Shown: positions 13,732 to 28,489 of the stretch, one piece after another
Numbering within the stretch: the first letter of the stretch is position 1
Layout of the letters: the number at the start of each line of letters is the position of its first letter
DNA from: Eledone cirrhosa
Taxonomy: Eukaryota
Length of the DNA stretch: 64,000 nt
NCBI GenBank assembly: GCA_964016885.1
Contig: CAXHJY010001432.1
Span: forward strand, 1 to 64,000
Direction: 5' to 3'
The notes under the pieces: model-generated
Told to the model about the DNA's origin: nothing
The model's database searches: none
What the model saw: the letters and a program-made list of their open reading frames with translations, nothing else
Position numbers and translations under genes: made by a program

Positions 13732-14288
13732 AAAAAAAGGAAAAGAATGGCTTCTCTTGTAGTTCTAAACAATTTAATTAAATTTATATTATAATTTTAC
13801 AATGTGGTTTTTCTGATCTAGTAAGTTCTTTTTTAACTTCGGCGGAGAGATATTTAAAGATTCCTGATTAACTTTCCTGGTTAACTCATAGCAAGGGAGA
13901 TAAAAAGAAAAACATAAAGAATTGAAAGAAAGAAAAGCAGAAGATATGATATTTCTTTCTGAGCTTACGTGTACATATGGTTTTGTAATTTCTGTTTACA
14001 TCTGCTAGTTTTATGAATAATACCTGTTCCCTTCCCCACTGCTGCTAATAAAACTATAAGTTTAGGTAGGAAATTATGTCATCACGATTAGATTAGTTAG
14101 GTGCCAAATTCTGACACGGAGAACGATCCCCAGTTATGTTTATTTATCAGTTTAATCTCTAATTCTCCTGTTTTTCTTATTGAAGTTATTGTAGTAGTTG
14201 TTGTCGTCGTTAGCTTTGTTTTTTTTTGTTTTTTTTTTGTAAAGTGATTTTTGCACGCTGGCGTTATGAATCACTAAAACAATGAACT

Positions 14289-14321
<33 letters not shown>

Positions 14322-14795
14322 ACACACACACACACATATATATATATGCTTGTGTTTGAGTGTGTGCGTTCATATGCATATATATATATATATGTGTCTG
14401 TGTGTGTGTGGAGAGAGAGCGAGAGAGACAGAGAGCGAGAGAGTCTGCAATGCTGAGACCAGGGAACATGAACCGATACCGCTTGGCGCCGCAGTTGGGA
14501 TTATACATCTCTCTCTCTCTTTAGAGATTGTTTTAGTAAAAACAGGAGTAAGCAGGAGAAAGCTCTCAACATTCGTAGTTTTTAGTTACGATGAAGATTT
14601 TTATAAAACTAAAAATAATAATGCTGATGTTACATAAATCGTTTAATCATTATAATTATTTCCACGGTTCTCCATGCAATCGACAAGTCCTTTATACATT
14701 TGTTGTTGTTATGAGAACGGTTTCCTCAGATGAAATCCGATTTAGCGATATGCTGCCGACAGGAAAAAACACACGTCCTTCTGCTCGTGTGTACA

Positions 14796-14840
<45 letters not shown>

Positions 14841-15699
14841 TAAATTCAGCGAGAATCGCATTTCGGCGGGTAGAAAAAGCGAAACGAAACGCAAAATCAG
14901 AGTTATGCTGGCAAGCGCTGAATAGTTAAAAAACCAGAGCTAAACATATATGTTAAAACGCCATATATATATGTAATTCAGAGTTCCTGAATTTTTTTCA
15001 TATATATATATATATTTAAATATAGGGGGAATGTTTAGATCTAGGTATATATATATATATATATATTGTTATGCTTTGGGAGGGTCATGTTGCTAATAAG
15101 AAACACACGCACCAGTAGCTTTCACTTCAATTTATTATAAGTTAAATTTATAAATTTAGGAATTTATAAATTTCCGGTTGGTTAGTTGGTTGGTTCCACA
15201 GCCAGACGATTGTTCATATATTGTCAAAGTTCTTTCGTCACACATTCTGTGACCTCTTCAGTGACTGGGGATTCTTTTCTTTGTTTTTGTGCCTCTCCTT
15301 TGTTCTGTCCTACGCCATCTTGTTTTTGTGTGTGTTGTGTGCTTAGTTTGCGCATGTGTTACATCCGGGTGTCTGTGTGTGTTTATATTTGTTTATTTAT
15401 TTGTTTATTTACATGCTATTGGTTGGTTGTTTGTTCTATGTGTGTGTGTGTGTTTTCATTTTGTCCTTAATTATAAATTGTGATGTTGCTATTCCATTCA
15501 TGTTATAGAGTAGATAATAACAATGAGCCAGAGGAAAGAGACAGGAGTAATAATGAGAGACATAGAAACAACCATGAGGTTGTTGGTGGAAACAGAAATA
15601 GAAACAACACAACTAACAATAACAATAGCAATAGTATACATAAAGCAGCAGCCTGGAACTCTACTTTCTATAATCCTTTCGATATGTCCTTCGACCTAC

Positions 15700-18134
15700 G
15701 ACGAGTCCACGCCGCGACTTTAGATTTTAACAAACGCACGCAATTGCCGTCGCAGGTCGATGAACAAACAGAAGCACAATTTAGTATAGCTAGATCTAAA
15801 CTTAGAAATAATATAGAACAGTATAGCAAGAAGCAAAATAGAATGGAGGCCCAGAAACTGGGAGAAAAATCTGCAAATGACTTGCGTAAGCTCATGCAGC
15901 GCTCGCGTAATGGTGAGATTGCATGCTTTCCAACAGACAAGTCTGGCAGAATGTCGGTTGACAGTCTGTCAAACTACATCCAGGCAATGCAACCCCACAT
16001 CACTAACACAAGAGAAGTAACACCACAAGAGCATGAGGATAGGGAAAAAACCCTCAATGCCCATATGATGATGTGGACAAACATAATGCAGCCCAACAAA
16101 AGGACTGCCAACAACTTCCAGGCCTGGAACAATGACGTGCCAGCGTTGTATGGGCTTCGTAAAGACCATAAAACGAGCAGTGACCCTGTCACAGGACCAC
16201 CAATACGGCCAGTCTGTGAAGCTAACATTAGTAACTACAGACTTTCCTACTTCCTCTCCCTGATCATACACCCCATCATTGAAATGTCCCCAGATATATG
16301 TGACAGCACGGAGGACCTCCTCAGCAGAATCGGCGAGAGTAACCGATCTAGGGACCTAACAAACTGCATAATAGATAGTATGGATGTTGTGTCCCTATAT
16401 CCATATATTGACGTGGATTTTGCTGTGGAGAAATGCGTAGAAATGATCAGTGATTTGGTACGGTTGATGAGAAACGTGTCCCGCATGTGCAACCCCAAAG
16501 AACTAGAGAGACACATACAACACTTCATCCACCGTATGCAGTTCTCTGGTTACAATCAGAGAGATAAAATCAGAGGTCATATGTATCTACATAATCATTA
16601 CTATAGATAAGTTTAAGTAGGAGTCCCAGCTCACTGGTATCAATCCCACAGAATTCAACATTGCTCTCACTGATCATTTCTGTGCCCTACAAGGCCAGCA
16701 AGAGACAGACCACCTACCATTACCTCAATGGCCAAGAAAACCCACACAGATAGATGGAACGGGTGGACCAGAGCCATACGGACCCCCGAAAATCACGATG
16801 AACTAAACAAAATGATTGCACATGCGGTGGGGGCCAGTATAAAATTAACTCTTAAGGAACATATGTTCAAATTTAATGGTAAAACATATGCCCAAGAGGA
16901 GGGAGCAGCCATTGGTGTTAGCATTGCAAGTGACATAGCTAACCTATTCATGGTATGGTGGGACAATAGACTTAAACTTAAACTTAAAGAACAATTAGAA
17001 GACAGCAACCTCTTGACCCTGATAATGTAACCCGCTACGTTGATGATATAAACATCCTAGTAAAAACACCCGCACTAGATAACAGTCAGGAATTAGAGAA
17101 AAACACCATGGAAAGCATCCACCAAATAGCTAACTCCATCCACCAGAGTATTAGAGTTACTATAGACTACCCAAGGAAACACCCAAACTATCGATTACCT
17201 GTACTAGACACAGAGCTCTGGTTAGATACCATTAATAACAAAAAACAAATCCTCCATTCCCATTATGCCAAACCCATGACTTCCAAATATCTGATCCACC
17301 GAAACTCAGCTGTTTCGGACCATACCAAAATCAACATACTGATTGCGGATTTGGTACGGTTGATGAGAAACGTGTCCCGCGTGTGCAACGCGGGAGAACT
17401 AGAGAGACACATACAACACTTCATCCACCGTATGCAGTTCTCTGGTTACAATCAGAGAGATAAAATCAGAGTATATAGAGGAGCCAGAACCAAATGGGAA
17501 ACAAATGGTAAATAATGATACAAATGGGACCTGCCCCTTGTATAGGAGCAAATTTTGGAATGGAATAGAAAGAACTAGGAATAAGGTTAATAGAATAAAC
17601 TCATGGTATGATAGCAATAAATACCAGAGTGTAATGTTCATCAATACAACCCCTAGAGGTGAATTAGCTTACAAATTTAGAAGGGCCCTAGATAAACATA
17701 AACTCAATATTAAGATAGTAGAAAGACCAGGTACCTCCATAAAAACATTTATTAGCAATACATACCCTTTTCAAGGACCTCCCTGTATAGATAAGAAATG
17801 TATAATCTGTAAACTAAGCCCCCATATTAACTGTAAAACTAGAAATGTAGTATATAGCATAAAATGTACTGAAGGACAATGTAGAGATAAGAATATAGTG
17901 TACATAGGTGAGACAGCTCGTAGTATAGGAGAACGGATAAATGAACACTGGCGAGAGCTTCAAGATAGTAAAGAATCATCTGTACTCCACCAACATGCTA
18001 AAATAGAACATAAGGGTAAATTAGAGAACATAGAAATAAAAATAGCATCTACAGAGGCAATAAACATAAACGAACTTCAACCAAAATTAAATAGAAAACA
18101 TGAATGGAATAGCAATATCACAACTTACAAATAA
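15700..18134 (+). pseudogene. Penelope-type RT / GIY-YIG endonuclease, disrupted
   Basis: Motifs PTDKSG, LYGLRKDHK, PIRPV, MDVVSLYP, GAAIG, RYVDDI (~17033), LPVLD and VVYSIKC..VYIGETARSIGERINEH. Several frameshifts and an internal rearrangement. Confidence 0.9.
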
Positions 18135-18329
18135 GGACAAAATGAAAACACACACACATAACAAACAACCAACCAGTAACATGTAAATAAACAAATAAAT
18201 AAACAAATATAAACACACACAGACACCCGGATGTAACACATGCGTAAACTAAGCACACAACACACACAAAAACAAGATGGCGTAGGACAGAACAAAGGAG
18301 GGGCACAAAAACAAAGAAAAGAATCCCCA

Positions 18330-18372
18330 GTCACTGAAGAGGTCACAGAATGTGTGACGAAAGAACTTTGAC
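18330..18372 (+). ncRNA. Hammerhead motif in the Penelope 3' UTR (mirror copy at 15223-15265, minus strand)
   Basis: GUCA-CUGAAGA-G-GUCACAGAAUGUGUGAC-GAA-AGAACU-U-UGAC. Confidence 0.7.
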
Positions 18373-18699
18373 AATATATGAACAATCGTCTGGTTGTTGA
18401 ACAAACCAACCAACCGGAAATTTATAAATTCCTAAATTTATAATAAATTGAAGTGAAAGCTACTGGTGCGTGTGTTTCTTATTGGCAACATGACCCTCCC
18501 AAAGCATAACAATATCGGTTTCAACACACGTTTTCAGATAAAGAATCTTCCTAAACAAATTCAGAAACGAAATATATATATATATAATTCAGAGTTCCTG
18601 ATTTTTTTTCATATATATATTTAAATATAGGGTGAATGTATAGAATTAGGTATACATATATATATATATATGAGGAAATTGTAGTTACTTGAAGCATTG

Positions 18700-19600
18700 C
18701 ATAATGTGGTATAAACGTTTGGAGTTAGAAGGCCAAAACAATGCAGGTATGGATATAGAATATAAATACAAATGCAAAAGATATTGTTGACAATTAGTCT
18801 TTTACCTTAAATTTATTTGAATATGCTTAATTTTCGAGATAATATCTCTTCTTCAGAGAGAAGTAAACGGGTTAATCCAGTGTTCTAATTAGTTTGCCAT
18901 GTCATGCTGACACGAATGGTATATAGATTCCATTCTATCTCTAATGTCAAAGAGTGAAGGTTAGGTGGATAAAGAGTTGTCTCGCTTTAAAAGGAGTTTT
19001 GTAGATGTATGTTTAAGTGTGTGGGAGAATACGTGAAGGTGTAAATATGCGTATGTGTGTGTGTGTGTGAGTGTGAGAGGATATGTCTATATGTAAATGT
19101 GGGGGGGCTAGATGCTCTATCATGTTAAAACTGGTCTTTGTGTGCGTATGTGTGTGTGTGTGTGCCTGTGCGTGTGTGTGTGTGAGAGGGGTTGCTTGGG
19201 GGTGAAAGTGTGGGGCTAGGTGCTATATCATGTTAAAAATTGTGTGTTGAGTTCTAGTCTATTATTGGTGGTTGTGTTTCGTTTATAATCAGTGCTTCTT
19301 TAATTCTAAGATTGTCGAGGTTTCTTTCCTTAGCTTCTATCTTAACTGTTATGTTTTTGTTGGTGTTTTTGCATTTCACTAGGTGTTTCTTAAATGAGGA
19401 AGCGTTATTGAGGTATTGAGGTATTCTTTGATTCTTATGTGAAGTGGTATGGTGGTGCTACCTATGTAGAAATTGCTGCATTTGTCGAACTCTAATCTGT
19501 ATACGGCGTAAGCCTGGTGGCATAGGTCTGTGTCGTTGATGGGGCAGTTGGCTAGCCTGCAGCGGCTGTCATTTCTGGTGGAGTGTCTTTTGGTTAGCTG
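18700..19600 (-). mobile_element. Second Penelope-like element, 3' fragment (GIY-YIG + 3' UTR)
   Basis: Reverse complement of ~19250-19565 translates to CRLANCPINDTDLCHQAYAVYRLEFDKCSNFYIGSTTIPLHIRIKEYL...LRIKEALII. Confidence 0.8.
18826..18858 (-). ncRNA. Minimal hammerhead motif in the 3' UTR of the second Penelope-like element
   Basis: Reverse complement CU-CUGAAGA-A-GAGAUAUUAUCUC-GAA-AAUU-A-AG; palindromic stem III, weak stem I. Confidence 0.55.
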
Positions 19601-19909
19601 TCTTTTCGCGAAACGGCTGGACCGAACAGAACCAAATTTGCACCATAGATGTAACTTTTTCCAAGTAAGAAAGTGAGGGCATTTATGTCTACTAAATTTG
19701 GTTAAAAGATTAAAGATATTTTATTGTTTATTTAAATATTCACTTATTTAAAATTTGTAAATGTCAACACTTCCGGTTAGCGATCTCTTTCTTTCTTAGT
19801 CTATCTTTTTAGATAGAAACATAGCTATAACGTCGCGTCCTTATAATATCTGTCTGTATGACTGGCTGTCTGCATTACGAAAACCATTCTGTACATTGAC
19901 TTCGTTATC

Positions 19910-21290
<1,381 letters not shown>

Positions 21291-21682
21291 TTAGTATCAT
21301 AAATAAGAGACAGTTTAATTTGTACATTTTATTACAGCATTCCTTTATACGTATATATACATACATAAACATGTTATTTACAGTTGTATAAAAAAGAAGT
21401 ATAATTGCTTCTACTTTTGGCACAAGGCTAGCAATTATCCCAGTACATTACTGGTACTTTATTATATATAATATATATAATACGACATTCCTCTCTCTTT
21501 CTTACTCTGTGTTTTTAGATAGATACATAGCTATAACGTCGCGTCCTTATAATATCTGTCTGTATGTTTGCCTGTCTGCATTGACGGTCCCGGCAATTGC
21601 TCTGTATAATCAGTTCCTGATTATTACTGGAATTCTATAAGAATCCAGCGTCTATAATTTTCAACAAAGGTCGGCGAGTGCT

Positions 21683-21726
21683 AAGCTCTGATGATCACCA
21701 ACAGTGTGAAAGAGATCTGTCAGTTT
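21683..21726 (+). ncRNA. Hammerhead motif (F7)
   Basis: AAGCU-CUGAUGA-UCACCAACAGUGU-GAA-AGAGAUCUGU-C-AGUUU; near-palindromic stem III, GUC site. Confidence 0.6.
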
Positions 21727-21904
21727 ATCTCCCTTCGTTTGTTGAAAAAAGAAGTAAGTGACATAGTCACTACTTTAAAATAATAGCGGAAGGTCTTCAA
21801 AATGTTTTTAATTAAGCAGAGATTATATTGCCAAATATACTATACATATATACATGTATACATTGCTATTTCAGAGCACCAATCCTAATATATATATATA
21901 TATA

Positions 21905-22384
21905 CTAGCAGAGGTACCCGGCGTTGCTCGGATATTAAATAGCAGTTGTGTATACCATTTATGTCAATACTTCAGTGCCGCTTCGAAAACTATATTTTTA
22001 CAAAATCATCCGCGTTTTTCAAAAGGGGGTTCCTGCCCCCCAGGGGTCCCCTACCCAATATGTGCCAATTCTGAGAGTTCACATTCATCTGTAGGACAAA
22101 CGTAGCCCATGTGTCAAGTTTTGTGAAAATCGGTTGTGAACTCCAGAAGTTATGACGTTTTGTTGCCTTGCACTGCAGTGCTTCAGTCGACTCCAAGGAA
22201 GTGGTTAAAGTGGTTAAAGGGATTATCTGCCGGGGGGCCCTATAATCAATATCTGGAAAAATGACAGATGCCCATGACCATCCGGAGTACATAAGTAACC
22301 TATGTCTTAAGTTTGGTGAAAATACTGTAGAAATACATAAGGTTTATACATACGCGCGTGCGTTCGTGTGTGTGTGTGTGTGTG

Positions 22385-22458
<74 letters not shown>

Positions 22459-24680
22459 ATGTGTGTGTGTGTGTGTGTGTGTGTATTTGTGTGTGCGTAT
22501 GTATGTGTATGTCCGTCGGGGCATACGTATGTACTGGCCTAAATCTTCACTATTTACTTTTACTATTTTAATAACCCTTGTCATTTTCGTTTTCAATTTT
22601 ATTTACATCATTCTTAAACTCCGGGGCTGGAAATCATTCTGTTATTTTAAATAGAATATTAGTCTAACGACTCCATTTATACCATAAACTTGGTCTTGTC
22701 TTTGCATGAAATTGTTCTTCACGATCCACATAACGATGTATTATCCTCGCTTTTTTCCCGTTCGTTGCCAGGGAACGTCTTCACGAACCAAAATATCGTC
22801 TTCCTGTTTTCGTTCGGTTGCAACGTTTCTCGAAATATTTACTCCTGCATTCACAGATTACTCACTTCAATTTGAATGGGAAATTCCTGTTTCATCGATT
22901 TTCTCCGTAACCATGGAAGCTTGTAGCTGCCAAAAGTTTATTAACAGCGAAATAACGTTGTCTTTGATATGTTATTTTAAATAAGACAATGAATTGAAAA
23001 ATACTACTTACTGTTAGTGGTGGTTAACATGTATTAGAAATAAAATGAAAATGATATCTGAAAAAACGTACTTGAGAACATGACTCCCTTCTTCGCAATT
23101 TAAGGGTTTTATTTCTTTTGATGGAAAACAGTGACTGTTTTCGGTTTGGCATTTCGTAAAATAGTACTGCAGAATTGATTTCATAAAACGGTACTGTATG
23201 ATAGTTTACACTTTGATTGCCCTGGTGAGCAAGAGGGGCCTCTATATATTAGATATTTATTAGAAGAGGGGGAAATAACTAACCCCAGTATTAGAACAGG
23301 GGGTTCGCAATGTTAGGGTTCTATTTCTTTTGTTAGAAAACAGTTATTTTTTCGTTTTGGCATTTCGTAAAATTCTACTGCAGATTCGATTTCATAAAAC
23401 AGTACTGTATGATCGTTATAGAATTATTTAAATTTAATATAGAGCAATTGTATTTTAAAAATGAAAATGAAACGTACTCTAGTAGCCAAAAGTTTATTAA
23501 CAGCGAAATAACGTTGTCTTTGATATGTTGTTTTAAATAAGACAATGAATCGAAAAATACTACTTACTGTTAGTGGTGGTTAACATGTATTAGAAATAAA
23601 ATGAAAATGATATCTGAAAAAACGTACTTGAGAACATGACTCCATTCTTCGCATTTTAAGGGTTTTATATCTTTTGATGGAAAACAGTGACCGTTTTCGG
23701 ATTGGCATTTCGTAAAACAGCGGATTGGCATTTCGTTAACAGCGAAAGAACGCTGCGAAAGAACGCTGCGAAAGAACGCTGCAAAATAAATTGATGAGTT
23801 TAAAAATTTGTATGAAATTGTAATTAAGACAATGAATATTGAAAGTAGTAGAACAGGGGGAAATAACTCAATTAGACGTTTATTAGAAGAGGGGGAAATA
23901 ACTAACCCCAGTATTAGAACATGGGGTTCGCAATGTAAGAGTTTTATTTACGGTACTGTATTATCGTTATAAAAGTATTTAAATTTAATATACAGCAACT
24001 CTAATTGAAAAATGAAATCGAAACGTACTGTAGAAGGCAACAGTTTATTAATCTGCATTTTCAAACTTGCATATCATCGACATTGCTATTTCGCTGTTAA
24101 TAAACAACGCTTTTTCACGTCGCTCCACTTCTCATTGTATGCCGTCCAGTCCCAAGTGCATATTTCTTTTTTTTTTCCTGATACTGCTTCTTTATAATAA
24201 ACTTTCAATAAAATGTTTCAAATTATTGGTACTGTATGTTAACAGCGAAAGAACGTTGATGAGTTTTAAAATGTGCATGAAATTGTAATCTACCTCTCAT
24301 TATACGCCGTTCAGTCCCAAGTGCATATTTCTATTTTTTTCCCTGAAACTGCTTCTTTATAATAAACTTTCAATAACATTTTTCAAATTATTGGTACTGT
24401 ATGTTAACAGCGAAAGAACGTTGATGAGTTTAAAAATTTATATGAAATTGTATATAAGACAAAAGTATTAGAACAGGGGGAAATAACTCACCGAACGCGA
24501 TAGTTTTGGGGCCCCAGGGACCACATTTTTCAAGTTAGAGATTTGAAACCTCGTCTATTTGCTTCTTGGCACTTTTTACATAGGTGTGTAAATTTTAATG
24601 TCCGTCCGACCACGTCTACTACCATTTAACCGTGCACATCTGAATTTCAACCACCGAACATTTCACAAATATATATTATA
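21905..24680 (-). mobile_element. Non-autonomous Helitron (possibly composite) with internal duplications
   Basis: Reverse-complement 3' end CCGAGCAACGCCGGGTACCTCTGCTAG|T at 21905. The distal end (24540-24680) is homologous to the start of the 25050 element. 22923-23160 is duplicated at 23481-23720. Confidence 0.6.
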
Positions 24681-24734
24681 TATATATATAAATATATATA
24701 TTAGTAAAAGGAAAAGAAAATGGTGACAAATTGC

Positions 24735-24787
24735 TCCCAGTGAAAAATAGTTTAATTAGGAATAAGTAAAAATTTGTAATAAGTATG

Positions 24788-24818
<31 letters not shown>

Positions 24819-24990
24819 ATATATTCGTGTACATAGTGTGTACATACTTATTACAAATTTTTACTTATTCCTAATTAAACTATTTTTCACTGGGATGTGA
24901 GAAAAACCACAGACCCTCCATCTCAACTCACCTTTTGAAAAGCAGAAGAACTGCGAAACCGGTAAAGGAACCAAATAAATATATATATTT
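24735..24990. mobile_element. Fold-back element with a decayed HHR motif (24931-24968, plus strand)
   Basis: 24736-24792 is inverted at 24839-24895. CCUU-UUGAAAA-GCAGAAGAACUGC-GAA-ACCGGU-A-AAGG keeps all stems but has a mutated core. Confidence 0.6.
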
Positions 24991-25049
24991 TTAAAAAAAA
25001 TAAGACTTCAGTTGCATTTTCGATTTCATCCCTTTTTCTTTATATATAT

Positions 25050-25166
25050 ATATATATTTGTGAAATGGGCGGTGGTTGAAATTCAGTTGTGCACGGTTAA
25101 ATGGTAATAGACGTGGTCGGACGGATATGAAAATGTACACACCTATGTAAAAAGTGCCAAGGAAGC

Positions 25167-25231
<65 letters not shown>

Positions 25232-25610
25232 TATATTCGTGTACATATTTTCAACAGTAATACTATATTATATATTTTCACCAATGATACTGTCCTATAT
25301 ATTTTCAACAGTAATACTGTACTACATATTTTCAACATTAATACTATACTATATATTTTCGACAGTAATACTATACTATATATTTTCAACAATGATTCTA
25401 TACTATACTATATATTTTCAACAGTAATACTATACTATATATTTTCAACAGTAATACTATACTATATGTATTCAACAGTCATACTATACTACACAGACGG
25501 CTTATCGTCTGTTTATCAAAGCGAAGCTAGGTACGTCAGGTATACATATATATCTGGATGCCGTAGAACACGCCAATGGTAGCCGGACGCCAGCCGGACG
25601 GGCCAGCTAG
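25050..25610 (+). mobile_element. Short non-autonomous Helitron with an internal 27-bp tandem repeat
   Basis: Ends with GC-rich CCGG..CCGG then CTAG|T. Internal ATATTTTCAACAGTAATACTATACTAT repeats at 25245-25490. Confidence 0.6.
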
Positions 25611-25629
25611 TATATATATATATATATAC

Positions 25630-26045
25630 AATGATATTAAATAAATGGAAACTATATTTATAAAGCCATATTTATTTTATTATATATATTTCAAGGGTAA
25701 CCAAGACAACATTGCTACGCTTTTATCAGATAAAATACAAAGTTTGTTTTATAATAGGGTCATACCCAGTGAATTTCCAACCGATAAGGTATGATTTTCA
25801 TGGGTATGTCTCTATTTATAAAACAAACTTTGTATTTTATCTGATGAAAGCGTACCAATGTTGTCTTGGTTACCCTTGAAATATATATAATAAAATAAAT
25901 ATGGTTTTATAAATATAGTTTTATAAATATAGTTTCCATTTATTTAATATCATTGAATATTTACTCCAGTAACTTGTTGAGTGCTCTAAATCAGTTATAA
26001 ACATTTATGTTTGTCGGACTTCCAACAAATTAAATACCACTTCTA
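25630..26045. mobile_element. F2 element in fold-back arrangement
   Basis: 25630-25770 is the reverse complement of ~25798-25955; flanked by (TA)n on both sides. Confidence 0.8.
25833..25897 (+). ncRNA. Hammerhead motif (F2)
   Basis: UAUUUUAU-CUGAUGA-AAGCGUACCAA..UUGGUUACCCUU-GAA-AUAUAUAU-A-AUAAAAUA: 8-bp stem I and palindromic AU stem III. Confidence 0.65.
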
Positions 26046-26117
<72 letters not shown>

Positions 26118-26172
26118 CAAGGTTTAGCAAATAAGAATAAGTTTCAAAAAATTCACTGTACTTGCTATGGTT

Positions 26173-26259
26173 ACCTTTACCGAATCAGTTTCGAGTCTCA
26201 AAAATAAATGGATAGTCCTTGTGTGTTTCCATTGAAAAGATAAACTGTCGTCAGAAGGT
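26173..26259 (-). ncRNA. Hammerhead motif with extended stem II region (F9)
   Basis: Reverse complement ACCUU-CUGACGA-(~55 nt)-GAA-ACUGAUUCGGU-A-AAGGU. Confidence 0.6.
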
Positions 26260-26519
26260 TCTTTTCACTCGGAGAATATAAAATTCCCGAGTTCAAATTA
26301 CGAACTGGCGCTATTCAAAATTGTTCCCGAGATGAGAATGAATGATGTGGAAGCAATTCTGTCCAGTGCCGTGTGCAAAGATAGAAGGCAGAAGCAGGGA
26401 GGTTAATCTACTACCACTATAAATAGCAATAGTCAAAACGACCAAATTTCATCTCGACCAGGGGGAGATTAATAATAATTAAGTGTATATCCCTACACGC
26501 AAAAAACATATATATATAT

Positions 26520-27699
26520 ATATATAAAGTTGTAGTGCCTATCTGTTTGTTTGCTTACGAACTCCTCCTATGGTTTTCGAGATAGACCCGCATAACCATA
26601 TATATTCTGAAACTACATTGCCCAGGGTACTTGGATAAGTATATTTCATTTGAACCAAAGGGTTCCCCGGGGGTACAAACCCCCGCTGAAATTTTTTCCC
26701 TTCGATTTATAAGAAATTTAACCTATAGGTAAATGACAATATAACATGCCCATTTACAAAATTTCAGAAAATTTCAATAATATTAAGACACCATAATGGG
26801 GGGTTAAACCTCCTATAGTGAAAAGTTTGGCCAATAAATGGAACAAGATGTGTTGTAACAAGATTGCATTAGAACTTTATTAAAGCAACGGGGCTTACAA
26901 AGATCAAGCTCTTCTCATTCCGAGGATTCCGAGTGATAGCAAGTTGCCTTTTACATTTAAGAGGCTGCAGTTCTCAGTGAGGTCATGCTTTGCCATAAGC
27001 ATCAATAAGAGTCAAGGTCAAACTTTCAAAACTATTGGTATAGATCTGACAAGCCCATGTTTCAGTCATGGAATGTTTTATGTGGCTGTTTCAAGGACTG
27101 GAACTTCAAAAAATCTCTACATTTTAACCAATCAAAGAAAGACAAGAAATATTGTTTACCCTGAAGTTTTTCATTAGGACAAAGTACGAAATATATTTTC
27201 ATATTATGTTAAAAAATAAATAATTAAACTTTGAATTTCTAATTTGAAAATAATGCTTTACACAAAAATGAAATAATCAAGTTTTGAATTGATATTTTGA
27301 AAAAAATTATTTACAAGAAACAAAATAAGAATAAGATTTAATAATGTAATTTTGATTTGATATATTAAAAAAAATAATTGTTTCTACTTTTTGCACAAGG
27401 CCAGCAATTACTCAGTACATTACTGGTACTTTATTTTATCGACCTCGTATGGATGAAAGGGAAAGTTAACCTCGGCGGGATTTGAACTCAGATCATAAAG
27501 GGACGTAACTATGATGGAAAGCAAGTATATTACAAAAAATAATGTTTTCCAATTGTTCATGCATTACATTTTACATTGAGTAATATTGAAATACAGAGCT
27601 TTTCTCCATAAATGATATCATTGATTTAAAATCAATCATCACTTACTTACAAAAAAAAAAAATTTGTGAAACGCAGCAAGGCGCGGGTAATTCGGCTAG
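26520..27699 (+). mobile_element. Internally deleted Helitron with a PIF1 helicase remnant and a nested SINE (27373-27523)
   Basis: PIF1 C-terminal motifs; 3' end CGCAGCAAGGCGCGGGTAATTCGGCTAG|T. Confidence 0.8.
26830..27177 (+). pseudogene. Helitron RepHel PIF1 helicase C-terminal fragment
   Basis: LIPRIP..LPFTFKRLQFSVRSCFAISINKSQGQT..IGIDL..PCFSHGMFYVAVSR..TRNIVYPEVF. Confidence 0.9.
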
Positions 27700-27933
27700 T
27701 ATACATATATATATAGCAGACAGGATAACAGAAACTAGTGCATTAGTCTGGGGACAGAGAATAAAATTCTCTACCCACACTACATCGTTTCTCTCACTAA
27801 TTAACGTATAAGTGTGCACTCAGCTTTCTTTCTGTTTGGTATCTTAATTATGCTGACTTAATTACAGCATTGAGTGAGTGACAGAACGGTCGGAGATACA
27901 CTGGTTCTACCGATAACTTCGTTTCAATATTAT

Positions 27934-28118
27934 TTTGGCAGTATCGGTAGAGGGTCGGACGCCATGCTTTGATGCATAGAGTTACGGCCTTTGCCATTCT
28001 GAGTTCAAATCCCGCTGAGGTTAACTTTGCATTTCATCCTTACGAGGGTCGATAAAATAAAGTACCAGTAATGCACTGGGTAATTGCTGGCCTTGTGCCA
28101 AAAGTAGAAACAATTATT
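27934..28118 (+). mobile_element. tRNA-derived SINE (major family)
   Basis: TGGCAGTATCGGTAGAGGGTCGGAC...GAGTTCAAATCCC...GATAAAATAAAGTACCAGT. Confidence 0.85.
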
Positions 28119-28206
28119 ATATATATATATTTAATTATATAATAAGCAACACAATATAATTATTCCATTACCCAAGGTTTTATTTCGTTCTTCAGACGAA
28201 ATATCG

Positions 28207-28244
<38 letters not shown>

Positions 28245-28327
28245 GGTAAACAGAAATAACAACATAATCGGTAAAGTATATGGAAGGGATATATTAGGTT
28301 AACGCTTGATACATAGCAGGAAGAGGG

Positions 28328-28363
28328 TCTTAACGTTTCGGACGCTAGTCCTTCATCAGAAGA
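28328..28363 (-). ncRNA. Minimal hammerhead (F4) within element 28235-28395
   Basis: Reverse complement UCUU-CUGAUGA-A-GGAC-UAGC-GUCC-GAA-ACGU-U-AAGA. Confidence 0.75.
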
Positions 28364-28453
28364 AAGAATGAAAAATAAGATAGATTGAGGGATATATATA
28401 TTTATATATATATATATAAATATATATATAAATAAATATATATATATATATTT

Positions 28454-28489
<36 letters not shown>

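Larger units (their letters stand above)
15064..18570 (+). mobile_element. Penelope-like element with an inverted copy of its 3' end at the 5' side
   Basis: RT and GIY-YIG remnants; 15064-15504 is the reverse complement of 18097-18514. Confidence 0.9.

Noticed and set aside
27934-28020. tRNA genes at SINE heads
   Set aside because: A- and B-boxes are present but no cloverleaf is evident, and they continue into a SINE body.
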